DNA of 64,000 bases, taken from positions 159,855 to 223,854 of the forward strand of contig JBAZZB010000002.1 in the NCBI GenBank assembly GCA_041659045.1. Reading direction: 5' to 3'. Shown here piece after piece: positions 40,733-49,576 of this stretch (positions are counted from its first letter, which is position 1; each line of letters opens with the position of its first letter). The DNA comes from Patescibacteria group bacterium (GTDB taxonomy: Bacteria; Patescibacteriota; Patescibacteriia; SG8-24; DYFX01). The translations under genes and the position numbers were made by a program. The notes under the pieces were generated by a model. It had not been told where the DNA came from. It did not search any database and worked only from the letters and a program-made list of their open reading frames with translations.

Positions 40733-41350
40733 ATGCTACATCGCGCCGTCGGTGGTCGTATCGCTGTCGATGTCCCAGAACTCGCGTTGCCGTTTCCGGA
40801 GAACGTGGTGGTCGAAAAACTCTTAGCGCTCGGATTCGAGCGCCTCGAAGTCGATCTCATCGAGCTGGCGAGACTGTGCATCGAACATTCAACGTATCGC
40901 CGCGGCGCTAGGCCACAAGAAGCTCCCGAGACGGTCGATTGCTCGAGTCTCGTGAAATGGCTGTTCGGCGAATACGGCGTCTGGTTGCCAAGGCGCACGA
41001 TTCAACAGCGCGAGCTCGGCCACGAAGTCAGCGAGTGCTTCGCGGCCGGAGATGTTGTCTTTTGCTCGGGCCGACAGAACTGGTTTTACGAACACGAGCA
41101 CCCGGCTTCCGGCACGGGGCATGTCGGAATCTATCTCGGGAACCGACGAGTCATTCATGCCGCGAGCACGAAACGCGGCGTGGTCGAGGATTCTCTCGAA
41201 GACTTCCTTGGAACCGAACCCGGCGCCTTCCGCGGCGCGCGACGCTACATCAGACCAGAGACGCGCATCTTCAAGATTCCGAAGCACATCGACGTCGAAA
41301 CGTCGGACGATCTTCGGTGGATCATTCTCTCGCGTTGTGCCAGCTCCTGA
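40733..41350 (+). CDS. NlpC/P60-family peptidase
   Basis: YRRGA, DCSSLVKWLF, LPRRTIQQ, GDVVF, GHVGIYLG, IHAAS; AAGGAG SD. Confidence 0.85.
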   Translation: MLHRAVGGRIAVDVPELALPFPENVVVEKLLALGFERLEVDLIELARLCIEHSTYRRGARPQEAPETVDCSSLVKWLFGEYGVWLPRRTIQQRELGHEVSECFAAGDVVFCSGRQNWFYEHEHPASGTGHVGIYLGNRRVIHAASTKRGVVEDSLEDFLGTEPGAFRGARRYIRPETRIFKIPKHIDVETSDDLRWIILSRCASS

Positions 41351-41424
41351 CGGGCTGGCGTTTTTTTATTGACGCGATTTCTCTGCATGGGCATCATGCC
41401 CGCAGACCTTCAAGGAGCACAGAC

Positions 41425-42015
41425 ATGAGTGATGGGTTAAGCGAGGGGCATCGTTGGGCGGAGGAACGCGAAGACCTCCAGAGGAAGCGTGACGCGTTCT
41501 TTCACATGATCATGCGAACCGCTCTCGAGAACCGTCAGGTCGGTGACCTGAAACCGGACTTTGAGACGTTCGATGCGATTCGCTACACGGACCACATCGC
41601 GCGCGGACGGCTGGGGAAGACCGCGCACAGACGCTGGGCATCCTTTCGAGTAACGCTCATGACCGCCATGAGAAAGGGCGACGAGCGATGCTGGGCCCAA
41701 ATCCTCACGCTGGCGTTGCAGTACGCCTCACCATCCGTCACGGAGGAGCTGAGGCAGTTCTCAGAGGCGTTCGCACTTCACCAGATCGCGCTCTACGCAC
41801 CCAACGGGTCGGGGCAGGGCGGGACGTGGTACGGAAATGTCGAAGCTGTCCTTGGTGCGATCGCTGCTGGCGGCAAGGCGACTGTCGTGGAGATCGAAGA
41901 CAGGGAGCGTGCCATTGTAAGCATCACCCTCGGCAGCGAGAAGGAAAACGTGGACCCAGGACGTTCCACGCTCCGTTTTCTCGCCGCACACGACAAGCGA
42001 CTCAAGAAGACCTGA
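41425..42015 (+). CDS. Hypothetical protein (orphan)
   Basis: TTGACG upstream, AAGGAG SD, terminator downstream. Confidence 0.6.
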   Translation: MSDGLSEGHRWAEEREDLQRKRDAFFHMIMRTALENRQVGDLKPDFETFDAIRYTDHIARGRLGKTAHRRWASFRVTLMTAMRKGDERCWAQILTLALQYASPSVTEELRQFSEAFALHQIALYAPNGSGQGGTWYGNVEAVLGAIAAGGKATVVEIEDRERAIVSITLGSEKENVDPGRSTLRFLAAHDKRLKKT

Positions 42016-42077
42016 CGTTCAGCTCGTCCCATGCGACGGGCTTTTTCTTTTCCGCAAAGACGCGCTAGGCTGGAGGC

Positions 42078-42548
42078 ATGTTCAAAATCACCATTGCCGC
42101 TGTCGGGTCGCTGAAAGAAACGTTCTGGAAGGACGCGATCGCTGAGTATCAAAAACGCCTCTCCCCCTTCGCCAAAGTTTCCGTTGTGGAAGTGGCGGAT
42201 GTTGCTTTCAAATCCGCGAATGAGGCATCGGCCGTGATGCGCGCGGAGGCCGAACTTTTGAAGAAAAAAATCGCGGATGGAGCCTTTGCTGTTGCTTTGA
42301 TAAAGGAAGGGAAAAACCTCACGACCGAGAAATTCGCTGAAACACTCGATCGCGAAGGCCAGGGTGGCCGCGAAATCATCTTCCTTATAGGAGGGCCGCT
42401 TGGGCTCGATCCAGAACTGGGCGCGAGCTGCCAGCTGAAGCTTTCGCTTTCTTCTCTCACGTTTACGCATGGCGAAGCGCGGGCGATTCTTTTTGAACAG
42501 CTGTATCGAGCCATGACTGTGCTCGCGGGAAAGACGTACCACTATTAA
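42078..42548 (+). CDS. rlmH: 23S rRNA (pseudouridine1915-N3)-methyltransferase
   Basis: AVGSLKE, EYQKRL, FLIGGPLGL, LSLSSLTFTH, EQLYRA, YH end. Confidence 0.93.
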   Translation: MFKITIAAVGSLKETFWKDAIAEYQKRLSPFAKVSVVEVADVAFKSANEASAVMRAEAELLKKKIADGAFAVALIKEGKNLTTEKFAETLDREGQGGREIIFLIGGPLGLDPELGASCQLKLSLSSLTFTHGEARAILFEQLYRAMTVLAGKTYHY

Positions 42549-42565
42549 AAAGAAAAACCGCCGGT

Positions 42566-42901
42566 TCAGTTCCAGCGGTTGGTAGGCTTCTCGGGGCGCG
42601 GACGTGCGGGAGCCGACTTGCTTGAGCGAAGACGCCGCCAGGTCTTCCAAGCGGACCACGCACTCCAACCCCAGATGGCGGTCAGAATGATCGTGTAGGC
42701 ATCTGGGCGGAGGATCGAGACGATGGCGTAGAGAACAAAGAGCGGAGCGCAGGCGCAGAGCGACACGAGTGCCACGATGCGCGCGAAGCGAATGCTCCTC
42801 TTTTGCGCGACCAGGCTCGCGAAGAACGCGATGATGGCGACAAAGAAGAAGAGGCTGGAGTTGGTCACGAGGAACGAAAGGGTTGCGTTGAAGGCGTGCA
42901 T
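42566..42901 (-). CDS. Small multi-TM membrane protein (orphan)
   Basis: AAGGAGG SD; three hydrophobic helices. Confidence 0.6.
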   Translation of the reverse strand: MHAFNATLSFLVTNSSLFFFVAIIAFFASLVAQKRSIRFARIVALVSLCACAPLFVLYAIVSILRPDAYTIILTAIWGWSAWSAWKTWRRLRSSKSAPARPRPEKPTNRWN

Positions 42902-43028
42902 GGATCCTCCTTGGGCTAGGCGCATCATTTCATCGGTGACACCTGGGGTCAACACAGATCGTCCCCTTCACCATTCATAACGCCTCAGTTAACGTGAAGA
43001 CAGGACCCTTGGTCCGAGGAGTAGTACC

Positions 43029-43673
43029 ATGCCCGAAAAGAAGAAGCGTCCCAACTTGAAAGCGCGCGCGCTGATGGCGACGGCTATCCACGAAAGCGGG
43101 CACGTTATCGCGATCTGGAACGAACCGGCACTACCCGCACCTACGAGCGTATCGATCATTCCAAAGGGCGGCACGGTTGGCAGAGTGAAGTTCCGACTGA
43201 AGAAGCAGTGGTGGATGACCGCGACGGTGTCCTCCGTCCGCTCCTTGATTCGCACGTACCTTGCGAGTCGCGCGGCCGAGCGCCTGCTGACCAGCTCACA
43301 CACCGTCGGATTCTACGGAGACCTCGAAGTGGTCACCCAGCTCGCGTTCATGGTCGTGTGCATTGAAGGCATGGACCAAGACTTCGGTCTTCTCTTTGTC
43401 CCCGGTTCGCTTCTGAGTGAAGCCACACGCAAGCGCGCCGACGCCGCTATCCGCAAGGTGATTGCGGAGTGCGAAGCGCAAGCTGCTCTCGACATGAAGA
43501 AACACGAGAAGCAACTGCGCAAACTTGTGCCCGTGCTTCTCAAGAAAAAGAAGCTGAAGAAGAAACAGCTGAAGAAGCTCCTTGGCGCTCGTCCGGAATG
43601 GACGGGTAACACCCTGATCAAAGGCGTCCTGCGCGCCAAGATCAGCCCACCGCGTGCTCGCAAGAAGAAGTAA
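43029..43673 (+). CDS. Stand-alone FtsH-type (M41) peptidase domain
   Basis: TAIHESGH, VSIIPKGGTVG, LASRAAERL, GDLEVVTQLA...GM; no AAA or TM domain; GAGGAG SD. Confidence 0.75.
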   Translation: MPEKKKRPNLKARALMATAIHESGHVIAIWNEPALPAPTSVSIIPKGGTVGRVKFRLKKQWWMTATVSSVRSLIRTYLASRAAERLLTSSHTVGFYGDLEVVTQLAFMVVCIEGMDQDFGLLFVPGSLLSEATRKRADAAIRKVIAECEAQAALDMKKHEKQLRKLVPVLLKKKKLKKKQLKKLLGARPEWTGNTLIKGVLRAKISPPRARKKK

Positions 43674-43739
43674 TCCTTCCTTGCGAGCGTTTTTTTAAAA
43701 CAGTAGCGCCCGACCTGGAGTTCCAGATCGGGCGCAGAG

Positions 43740-44003
43740 TCAGTGAGTGCCGACGCGCGCGGCGGCGGGCTTCGAGACGTACGTCTTGCAGTCGGGACGC
43801 TCCGTGAGGAAGCGGTCGCCGAGCTCGCGTTGCGCGTAGACGCAGCTCTTCATGTGCTCCTTCTTGGCCGAGGACGGGCCGTTGTCGGGATCGCTCCAGT
43901 CGGTACACCAGGCCAGGCTGCAGATCGCCAGGACCGGGAGTACGATGGAAAAGCCAATGCGCTTTGACAAGAACCGAATGTCTTTCTTCGAGAGCTTCAG
44001 CAC
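43740..44003 (-). CDS. Small membrane-anchored hypothetical protein
   Basis: GTG start after a G-rich SD-like run; TTGACA-17-TATCAT promoter at about 44065-44093. Confidence 0.5.
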   Translation of the reverse strand: MLKLSKKDIRFLSKRIGFSIVLPVLAICSLAWCTDWSDPDNGPSSAKKEHMKSCVYAQRELGDRFLTERPDCKTYVSKPAAARVGTH

Positions 44004-44150
44004 GATTCCCCCTGTGTAATTTAGCTCGTCAGGCACGATCTGTGCATTCTGTACGATAGGAGAATGATAGCATATTGAAGGATATTTGTCAAGTATCACT
44101 GACACTGTGGGCGGCAACGAAAAAGAGGCCATTTTAAGGCCTCTTTTTCA

Positions 44151-44235
44151 TGGTGCTGCGGAGAGGACTTGAACCTCTACGGGTTGCCCCACCAGCTCCT
44201 AAGGCTGGCGCGTCTGCCAATTTCGCCACCGCAGC
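44151..44235 (-). tRNA. tRNA-Leu(TAG)
   Basis: CCAGC-CTTAGGA-GCTGG anticodon arm, long variable arm, CCA. Confidence 0.95.
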
Positions 44236-44324
44236 TCGATACGTCCAAGAGCGTAGCACGACCCTCTTGCATGAAAAAGAGCGCCTCTGCTAGGACGCAG
44301 ACGCTTACTCTTTTCCCCGAGCGT

Positions 44325-46241
44325 ATGAAACGTTTTGCGTTCATGTTCACTTTCCTGTTGTGCATCCCCTCCCTTGTCCATGCCGCCGCGCTTCCGTTCA
44401 TCAGTGAAGTTGCTTGGGCCGGTTCTACCGCCTCGACGTCTGACGAATGGTTTGAGATCTGTGGTATTGCAGGAACCGATCTTTCAAATTGGGTACTTGA
44501 AGGCGCCTCGGCGAACGGAGTCACACTTCCGGCGGGAAGTGTTCTCCCCGAATCTGGCGCCTTCCTCGTTTCGAATTATGGAAGCGAAGACACAAAGTCG
44601 ACACTGGGCGTGCAGCCCGATTTCATAACGACAAGCGTCGCGCTTTCAAACGCGCAGCTCTTTCTCGTACTCAGAAACGCGTCAGGCGTTTTGATTGATA
44701 CTGCTGGCGCGTCTGGTACAGCACCACTTGCTGGTGTAAGTGGAAGCGCGAAAGCCTCGATGATGCGTCTCTTCCCACTTCAAGATGGTGGGCTTACCGA
44801 AGCGTGGACAAACGCGGCCACGTCGAGTGGTTATGATGCAGGATCGACTGAACTCGGCACGCCAGGAATCTGTCCTGAAATTTCCGTCGAACCTCTTCCA
44901 GAAGAAGTTGTGGAAGCACCCGTGCAACCAAGTAACAATTTTTTTCCAACAACGGCCGTGCGTGTTTCTGAAATCTATCCCGCGCCGCTTTCTGGTGAGA
45001 AGGAATGGATCGAACTCGTGAATCCGTCAGGGATTGGCGAGGTGCTCGAAGGTTGGACGGTTGAGGACGGCAAGGGCACGGCAACAGCCCTCGCGGGCAC
45101 GCTTCTGCCATGGGATAGACTTGTCATTTCAGCTCCAAAAGGCAGCCTGAATAACGCGGGCGATCTTGTAATTTTGAAAGACTCGCAAGGCCGAATCATC
45201 GATGGCGCTGCCTATGGAGATTGGGATACCGCACTGTATCCGCGTGTCGGCGAAGTCGCGAAGGGCGAAGCAGTGATTCGTCTTGAGTTGCAAGATGCGT
45301 TTGATGTGACGACGGTTCCGACGCCGAATGCGGCGAATGTGCTGGTCAGAAAAACAGCAGCGACTTCCGCTTCGGCGGAGGCAGGGGCCCAGAACCCGGC
45401 ACCTCCCATTCTCTCTACTGTCATCCTGAGCAAAGCAAAGGATCCGCTTTCTTCGATGGAAGATAAAACAGATCCTTCGACTCCGCTGCGCTCCGCTCAG
45501 GATGACAAAAAGACGGAGCTCATGGCCGTAAAATCCTCGACAAAAACGTCGGATGTGCCAGCTAAGAAACCCGCCGCCTCCCGCTACAAAGGCTCCGCAT
45601 ACTCCGCCGTCGTTGCCGTGCCACTGGGCATCTATTCAAAAACGCGCATGTACGTACTGCGAACTGGCACGGTTGAAGAGCTGCGCCTCTCGAAATCTAC
45701 AAACATCACGTACGCCTCGGGGCAACGCATTTCGTTTGTAGCTCAGACCAAAGAAGAAAACGGAGCAACGTTCCTTTTAGCAAATCCAAAAACTCTTGGG
45801 CGGATCGGCGCGGCGGCATCAAACACGTTCGCGACGATTACTCATTGGCCGACAACTTCTGGCAGCTATCGTTTTACAGCAGAGCTCATTGCGCTCCGTG
45901 CTGACGGCGCGGAAGTACGCTTGGATGGAATCGAAGGCGACGTGCTGTTACCGAAATCAGTAGGCGCTCTTAAACCTGGTGACCGTGTCGAGATTGAGGG
46001 ATTTGTTTCTTCCGGTACAAGGCCGCGTGTCGTCATTCCAAACGCCGAGTCTTTTCGTCTGCTTGAAGCGGCTCCTGTCGAATTGACGAGCCGTGATCTG
46101 CCTAGGCTTCACCTGCCTTGGTTCTTCACCGCAACCCTTACCGCGATCGCCGGAGGCGCCGGACTTGTTGCCTATCTCAGAAGCGAGCGGCTAAAACGGT
46201 TGGCACTCGTCATCCAACCACTAGAAGAAGACTACTCATAA
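44325..46241 (+). CDS. Lamin-tail-domain surface protein
   Basis: Signal peptide, two LTD repeats (ISEVAW...DEWFEI; VSEIYP...KEWIELVN...LNNAGD), C-terminal TM. Confidence 0.8.
   Translation: MKRFAFMFTFLLCIPSLVHAAALPFISEVAWAGSTASTSDEWFEICGIAGTDLSNWVLEGASANGVTLPAGSVLPESGAFLVSNYGSEDTKSTLGVQPDFITTSVALSNAQLFLVLRNASGVLIDTAGASGTAPLAGVSGSAKASMMRLFPLQDGGLTEAWTNAATSSGYDAGSTELGTPGICPEISVEPLPEEVVEAPVQPSNNFFPTTAVRVSEIYPAPLSGEKEWIELVNPSGIGEVLEGWTVEDGKGTATALAGTLLPWDRLVISAPKGSLNNAGDLVILKDSQGRIIDGAAYGDWDTALYPRVGEVAKGEAVIRLELQDAFDVTTVPTPNAANVLVRKTAATSASAEAGAQNPAPPILSTVILSKAKDPLSSMEDKTDPSTPLRSAQDDKKTELMAVKSSTKTSDVPAKKPAASRYKGSAYSAVVAVPLGIYSKTRMYVLRTGTVEELRLSKSTNITYASGQRISFVAQTKEENGATFLLANPKTLGRIGAAASNTFATITHWPTTSGSYRFTAELIALRADGAEVRLDGIEGDVLLPKSVGALKPGDRVEIEGFVSSGTRPRVVIPNAESFRLLEAAPVELTSRDLPRLHLPWFFTATLTAIAGGAGLVAYLRSERLKRLALVIQPLEEDYS
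45419..45507. repeat. Palindromic MITE/RPE-like element lying in frame within the CDS
   Basis: 13-bp perfect terminal inverted repeats TGTCATCCTGAGC / GCTCAGGATGACA. Confidence 0.8.
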
Positions 46242-46277
46242 ACAGCAAAAGCCCCGGGATGACCGGGGCTTTGTGCA

Positions 46278-46353
46278 TGGAGCGGTAAACCAGATTCGAA
46301 CTGGCGACCTTCTCCTTGGCAAGGAGACGCTCTACCAACTGAGCTATTACCGC
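46278..46353 (-). tRNA. tRNA-Gly(GCC)
   Basis: TCTCC-TTGCCAA-GGAGA anticodon arm, CCA; terminator at about 46246-46273. Confidence 0.95.
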
Positions 46354-46485
46354 ACAACTCTGACAACGGGCATAGTAATAGGACGCGTCCCGGCTGTCAA
46401 CAGAGATCCAATGACAGCTCGGTTGACCTTTTGCCATGAATACCCTTAAAATCACGCCGCGGTTCGACCCATACAGGAGAGGCGC

Positions 46486-47382
46486 ATGGAAGATCTAAGG
46501 ATGTGCAGAGAGGGCGGGTGTCTGGTTGGCGGCCGTTACGACCGCATGGGGACGCCCCACCAATACATGTTCGAGAGCATGAGCAACGTGATCGGCTGCA
46601 GTATGCTGCGTTGCGACCACTGCAGTGCCGTAGTCGTGAACGTGCTCGGTCTCGAACTGGCCGAAGGTGTGAGACCTCGCGATGCCTACTGGGAGCCGGG
46701 CAGTACGCCGTCTTCGGAACTGGTGGTTCCGACGAGATGGGCGGAGACAAGACTCTACTGCTGCCGATGCACCGCAAGGCAAGAGATGAACTGTACTACC
46801 ACGCAACCGTCGCCTCCGTACGACTACATGGATCCCACGCCCTTGAACTGGCGCTGCGCCGGACACCCGGCTCTGCCGCGTCATCTCGACGGCATCGATC
46901 AGCTTGCCGTCGCCGAAGAGCTGCTTGGTTCCCCGGCAGAGCAAGGACAAAAGTATCTTGCTGCTGATGGTCTCAGATTGATGCTCAGGGCTGCCGATAC
47001 CGAGTTGCACGAAGTGCTGCTCGTCTTACTGAGGGAAGCATTGGCCAAGGACGAAGGACTGCGTTTGGCTCGTGCGCTCGCCACTGTCGACGCCGAACCC
47101 GCAGCATTCATCAGCCAAATTGCAGCGATCGATCCTGACCACAGGAGGTTTCGAGTGGAGGACGCAACGCGCGAGGGTTGGACGCTCCTCGAGCGCCTGA
47201 GCCACACCGTTGGCGCATGCATTCTGAACGCGCCGACGGAAGCCTGGGCCTGGTGCGCGCTGCAGGAGCAGGCCAAGAAGCTCGTGGTCGATACGAAATC
47301 GAGAGAGCTCGTTCAAGCCTTGTGTAAGTACGATAGCTTTCTCATTGCAGACATCCTCGTCAAGATGAACGGCGCGAAGTGA
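46486..47382 (+). CDS. Hypothetical protein with Cys-rich N-terminal domain (orphan)
   Basis: TTGACC-17-TAAAAT promoter, AGGAG SD; CxxxxCxxC, CCRC, WRCAGH. Confidence 0.65.
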   Translation: MEDLRMCREGGCLVGGRYDRMGTPHQYMFESMSNVIGCSMLRCDHCSAVVVNVLGLELAEGVRPRDAYWEPGSTPSSELVVPTRWAETRLYCCRCTARQEMNCTTTQPSPPYDYMDPTPLNWRCAGHPALPRHLDGIDQLAVAEELLGSPAEQGQKYLAADGLRLMLRAADTELHEVLLVLLREALAKDEGLRLARALATVDAEPAAFISQIAAIDPDHRRFRVEDATREGWTLLERLSHTVGACILNAPTEAWAWCALQEQAKKLVVDTKSRELVQALCKYDSFLIADILVKMNGAK

Positions 47383-47475
47383 TCAACGCAAAGTCCCAGT
47401 TCCTCTCTCCGGAACCAGGGGCTTTTTTCTTTTCAATCCTTTTGCTAAGGTGGACGCACTTCACCCATCATCTCT

Positions 47476-47859
47476 ATGAAAAAATACGCAGGATTACTGG
47501 TTACCTTGGCCGCGGTCGTTATCGTCATCGGCAGCTTGGTGTATCTCTCAAAACGCGAAAGCGCCAAACCGGGGCAGTACGACAAGCTCGCCCAGTGCCT
47601 CACCGAAAAAGGTGTGAAGTTTTACGGTGCCTCGTGGTGCCCGCACTGCGCGGAACAGAAGCGCATGTTCGGCAGCTCCATTAAGCACATCACCTACGTC
47701 GAGTGCGCCAAGCCGGGAAATCAGCAGGGCCAGACGCAAGCATGCGACGAGGCCAAGATCGAAGGTTACCCAACCTGGGTTTTCCCGGACAACTCCCGTT
47801 TGAGCGGCGAACAGCTGCCGAAGGTTCTCGGCGAAAAGGCTGGTTGCTCCATTGAGTAA
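47476..47859 (+). CDS. Membrane-anchored thioredoxin-like protein (VKOR partner type)
   Basis: FYGASWCPHC, YVEC, IEGYPTW. Confidence 0.85.
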   Translation: MKKYAGLLVTLAAVVIVIGSLVYLSKRESAKPGQYDKLAQCLTEKGVKFYGASWCPHCAEQKRMFGSSIKHITYVECAKPGNQQGQTQACDEAKIEGYPTWVFPDNSRLSGEQLPKVLGEKAGCSIE

Positions 47860-47860
47860 T

Positions 47861-48328
47861 ATGGTGCGCAAGAACGCCACAAAGCTCTTCATCTTCTTTT
47901 CCGTTGCGGGTCTTTTGGTGTCCTTGTACGCGCTTAAACAGCATTACGCGCCGCTCGGCACGAGCGTTTGCAACGTCAGTGCGACGCTCAACTGCGATCT
48001 CGTAAACAAAGGCCCGTATGGAGAGATCTACGGCTTCCCTGTCGCCGCGATCGGAATTATCGGTTATCTGATGATCTTGATTGTTGCCACCCAATTCTTG
48101 CGCACAAAGGATCCCGTGCTGGGCAAAGCGATGCTCTTCCTCTTGGCCGGCGGCGTTGCCTTCTCGCTCTACCTGACGGCGCTTGAGGCTTTTGTCATCT
48201 ACGCGTGGTGCCTTGTCTGTCTTGCTTCGCTTTCGAGTATTTCGGGTGCGGCCTTCACTGGCTTCATGGTCTATCGCGACCTCGAACCGCAAAGCCCCCC
48301 GCCTTCACTCGAACCTCAGAAAGGCTGA
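47861..48328 (+). CDS. Vitamin K epoxide reductase family protein
   Basis: CNVSATLNC loop cysteines, WCLVC redox motif, several TM helices. Confidence 0.88.
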   Translation: MVRKNATKLFIFFSVAGLLVSLYALKQHYAPLGTSVCNVSATLNCDLVNKGPYGEIYGFPVAAIGIIGYLMILIVATQFLRTKDPVLGKAMLFLLAGGVAFSLYLTALEAFVIYAWCLVCLASLSSISGAAFTGFMVYRDLEPQSPPPSLEPQKG

Positions 48329-48410
48329 CCGGAAAACGACCCTCACGGGTCGTTTTTTTGACCTCGTAACGGGAAAGGTAGATACTTTTTCCATCACCAA
48401 GGAGACCTCG

Positions 48411-48590
48411 ATGCCCTGCTGCAAGGACTGCCAGAATGTCCGCTCCGCCGCCATCATGACCAACGCCGAGTGCGGCCACGAGGCCACGCGCGCCGGCATG
48501 AAACTCTGCGAGAGGTGCTCTCGCCAGAAGGACGCCTGCGAGTGCTGTGGCGAACAGCTCAACCCCGATCCGCCTCCGCACACCGACTAA
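48411..48590 (+). CDS. 59-aa Cys-rich (putative zinc-binding) protein
   Basis: AAGGAG SD, TTGACC upstream, terminator after the stop; 9 Cys. Confidence 0.65.
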   Translation: MPCCKDCQNVRSAAIMTNAECGHEATRAGMKLCERCSRQKDACECCGEQLNPDPPPHTD

Positions 48591-48734
48591 CCCGGCACTC
48601 CGCCGGGTCTTTTTTTTGGAAACAGCGCATCCTCCAGAGGAATAGCGGTGTTTGAGGAAGTGACGCGTTCGCGTACATGACCCCTGCGTGCGCGGGGCTG
48701 ACATCCGCGGCGTTTTTTGTTAGCGTATCCGTAC

Positions 48735-48820
48735 GCCCGGATGGTGGAATGGTATACACGGGGGACTTAAAATCCCCTGCCCGCAAGGGATTGAGGGTTC
48801 GAGTCCCTCTCCGGGTACCA
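48735..48820 (+). tRNA. tRNA-Leu(TAA)
   Basis: GGGGA-CTTAAAA-TCCCC anticodon arm, variable arm, CCA. Confidence 0.95.
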
Positions 48821-48915
48821 AAGACCCCCTCGACACAATCGAGGGGGTTTTCGTTGACAGAAACGGTTTTTTCTGGTAAGACCCGCGTATCGTTCATCAC
48901 GAACGAGGAGGAACC

Positions 48916-49488
48916 ATGATCGCCGATCTTCCGAAACAGGTACCGGTCGCCGTACACGCCGCCGTCGAAGATGTGCTGAGCGAGTTCGAACGCCTCGACG
49001 GCAACCGCTCGGTTGCTGCGAGCGCCTACCGAGCACAGATGCAGCTCAACCGCTTGCAGATCGCGCCGTTCAACGACGCGCTGTCGGTGGAGCGGGCAGA
49101 CGCGCTGTTCGAGTGGGGCATGATGCTCCGCAGCGCCTTGCCGGCCGACCGACTGCGAGAGGCGCTCAAGAGCGTCCATCGCTCAAGCCTCATGCTCATC
49201 AGCCACCAGATCAACCTGAAGGAGGAGGAGACCGCCCCGGCCGGAGCGCTCAAGACCACGCTGGACCTCGAGATCATCGACGACTCGCTGCTCTTTCGCC
49301 ACCACGCCTGGTTCGGCGCCTACCGCGTCGCGGGCGGCGGCGGGCTCAGCTCGTCGACGTCGATCCAGATGTCGATCCACGCCGAGATGCTGCGCCAGAT
49401 CCACAACCGCGTCGCCGAGGGCGACGACATCTGGCGGCGCGTCATCTACAGCGTCAAGAAGCTCTTGGAGGACAGCATGGACAGGTAA
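48916..49488 (+). CDS. Hypothetical protein (orphan)
   Basis: TTGACA upstream, GAGGAGG SD, GC-rich third positions, hairpin and T-tract at the stop. Confidence 0.65.
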   Translation: MIADLPKQVPVAVHAAVEDVLSEFERLDGNRSVAASAYRAQMQLNRLQIAPFNDALSVERADALFEWGMMLRSALPADRLREALKSVHRSSLMLISHQINLKEEETAPAGALKTTLDLEIIDDSLLFRHHAWFGAYRVAGGGGLSSSTSIQMSIHAEMLRQIHNRVAEGDDIWRRVIYSVKKLLEDSMDR

Positions 49489-49576
49489 TCCCTGTCCTTT
49501 TTCTTTTGTCTGAAACGTCATTCATGAACGATGTGCCTTGCTACGTTCGCTATTTTTCCCCTACGATGGAATCGAT

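Noticed and set aside
39860-42050. Integron cassette array
   Set aside because: No attC-type RYYYAAC...GTTRRRY sites and no integrase; the joints are terminator-promoter units.
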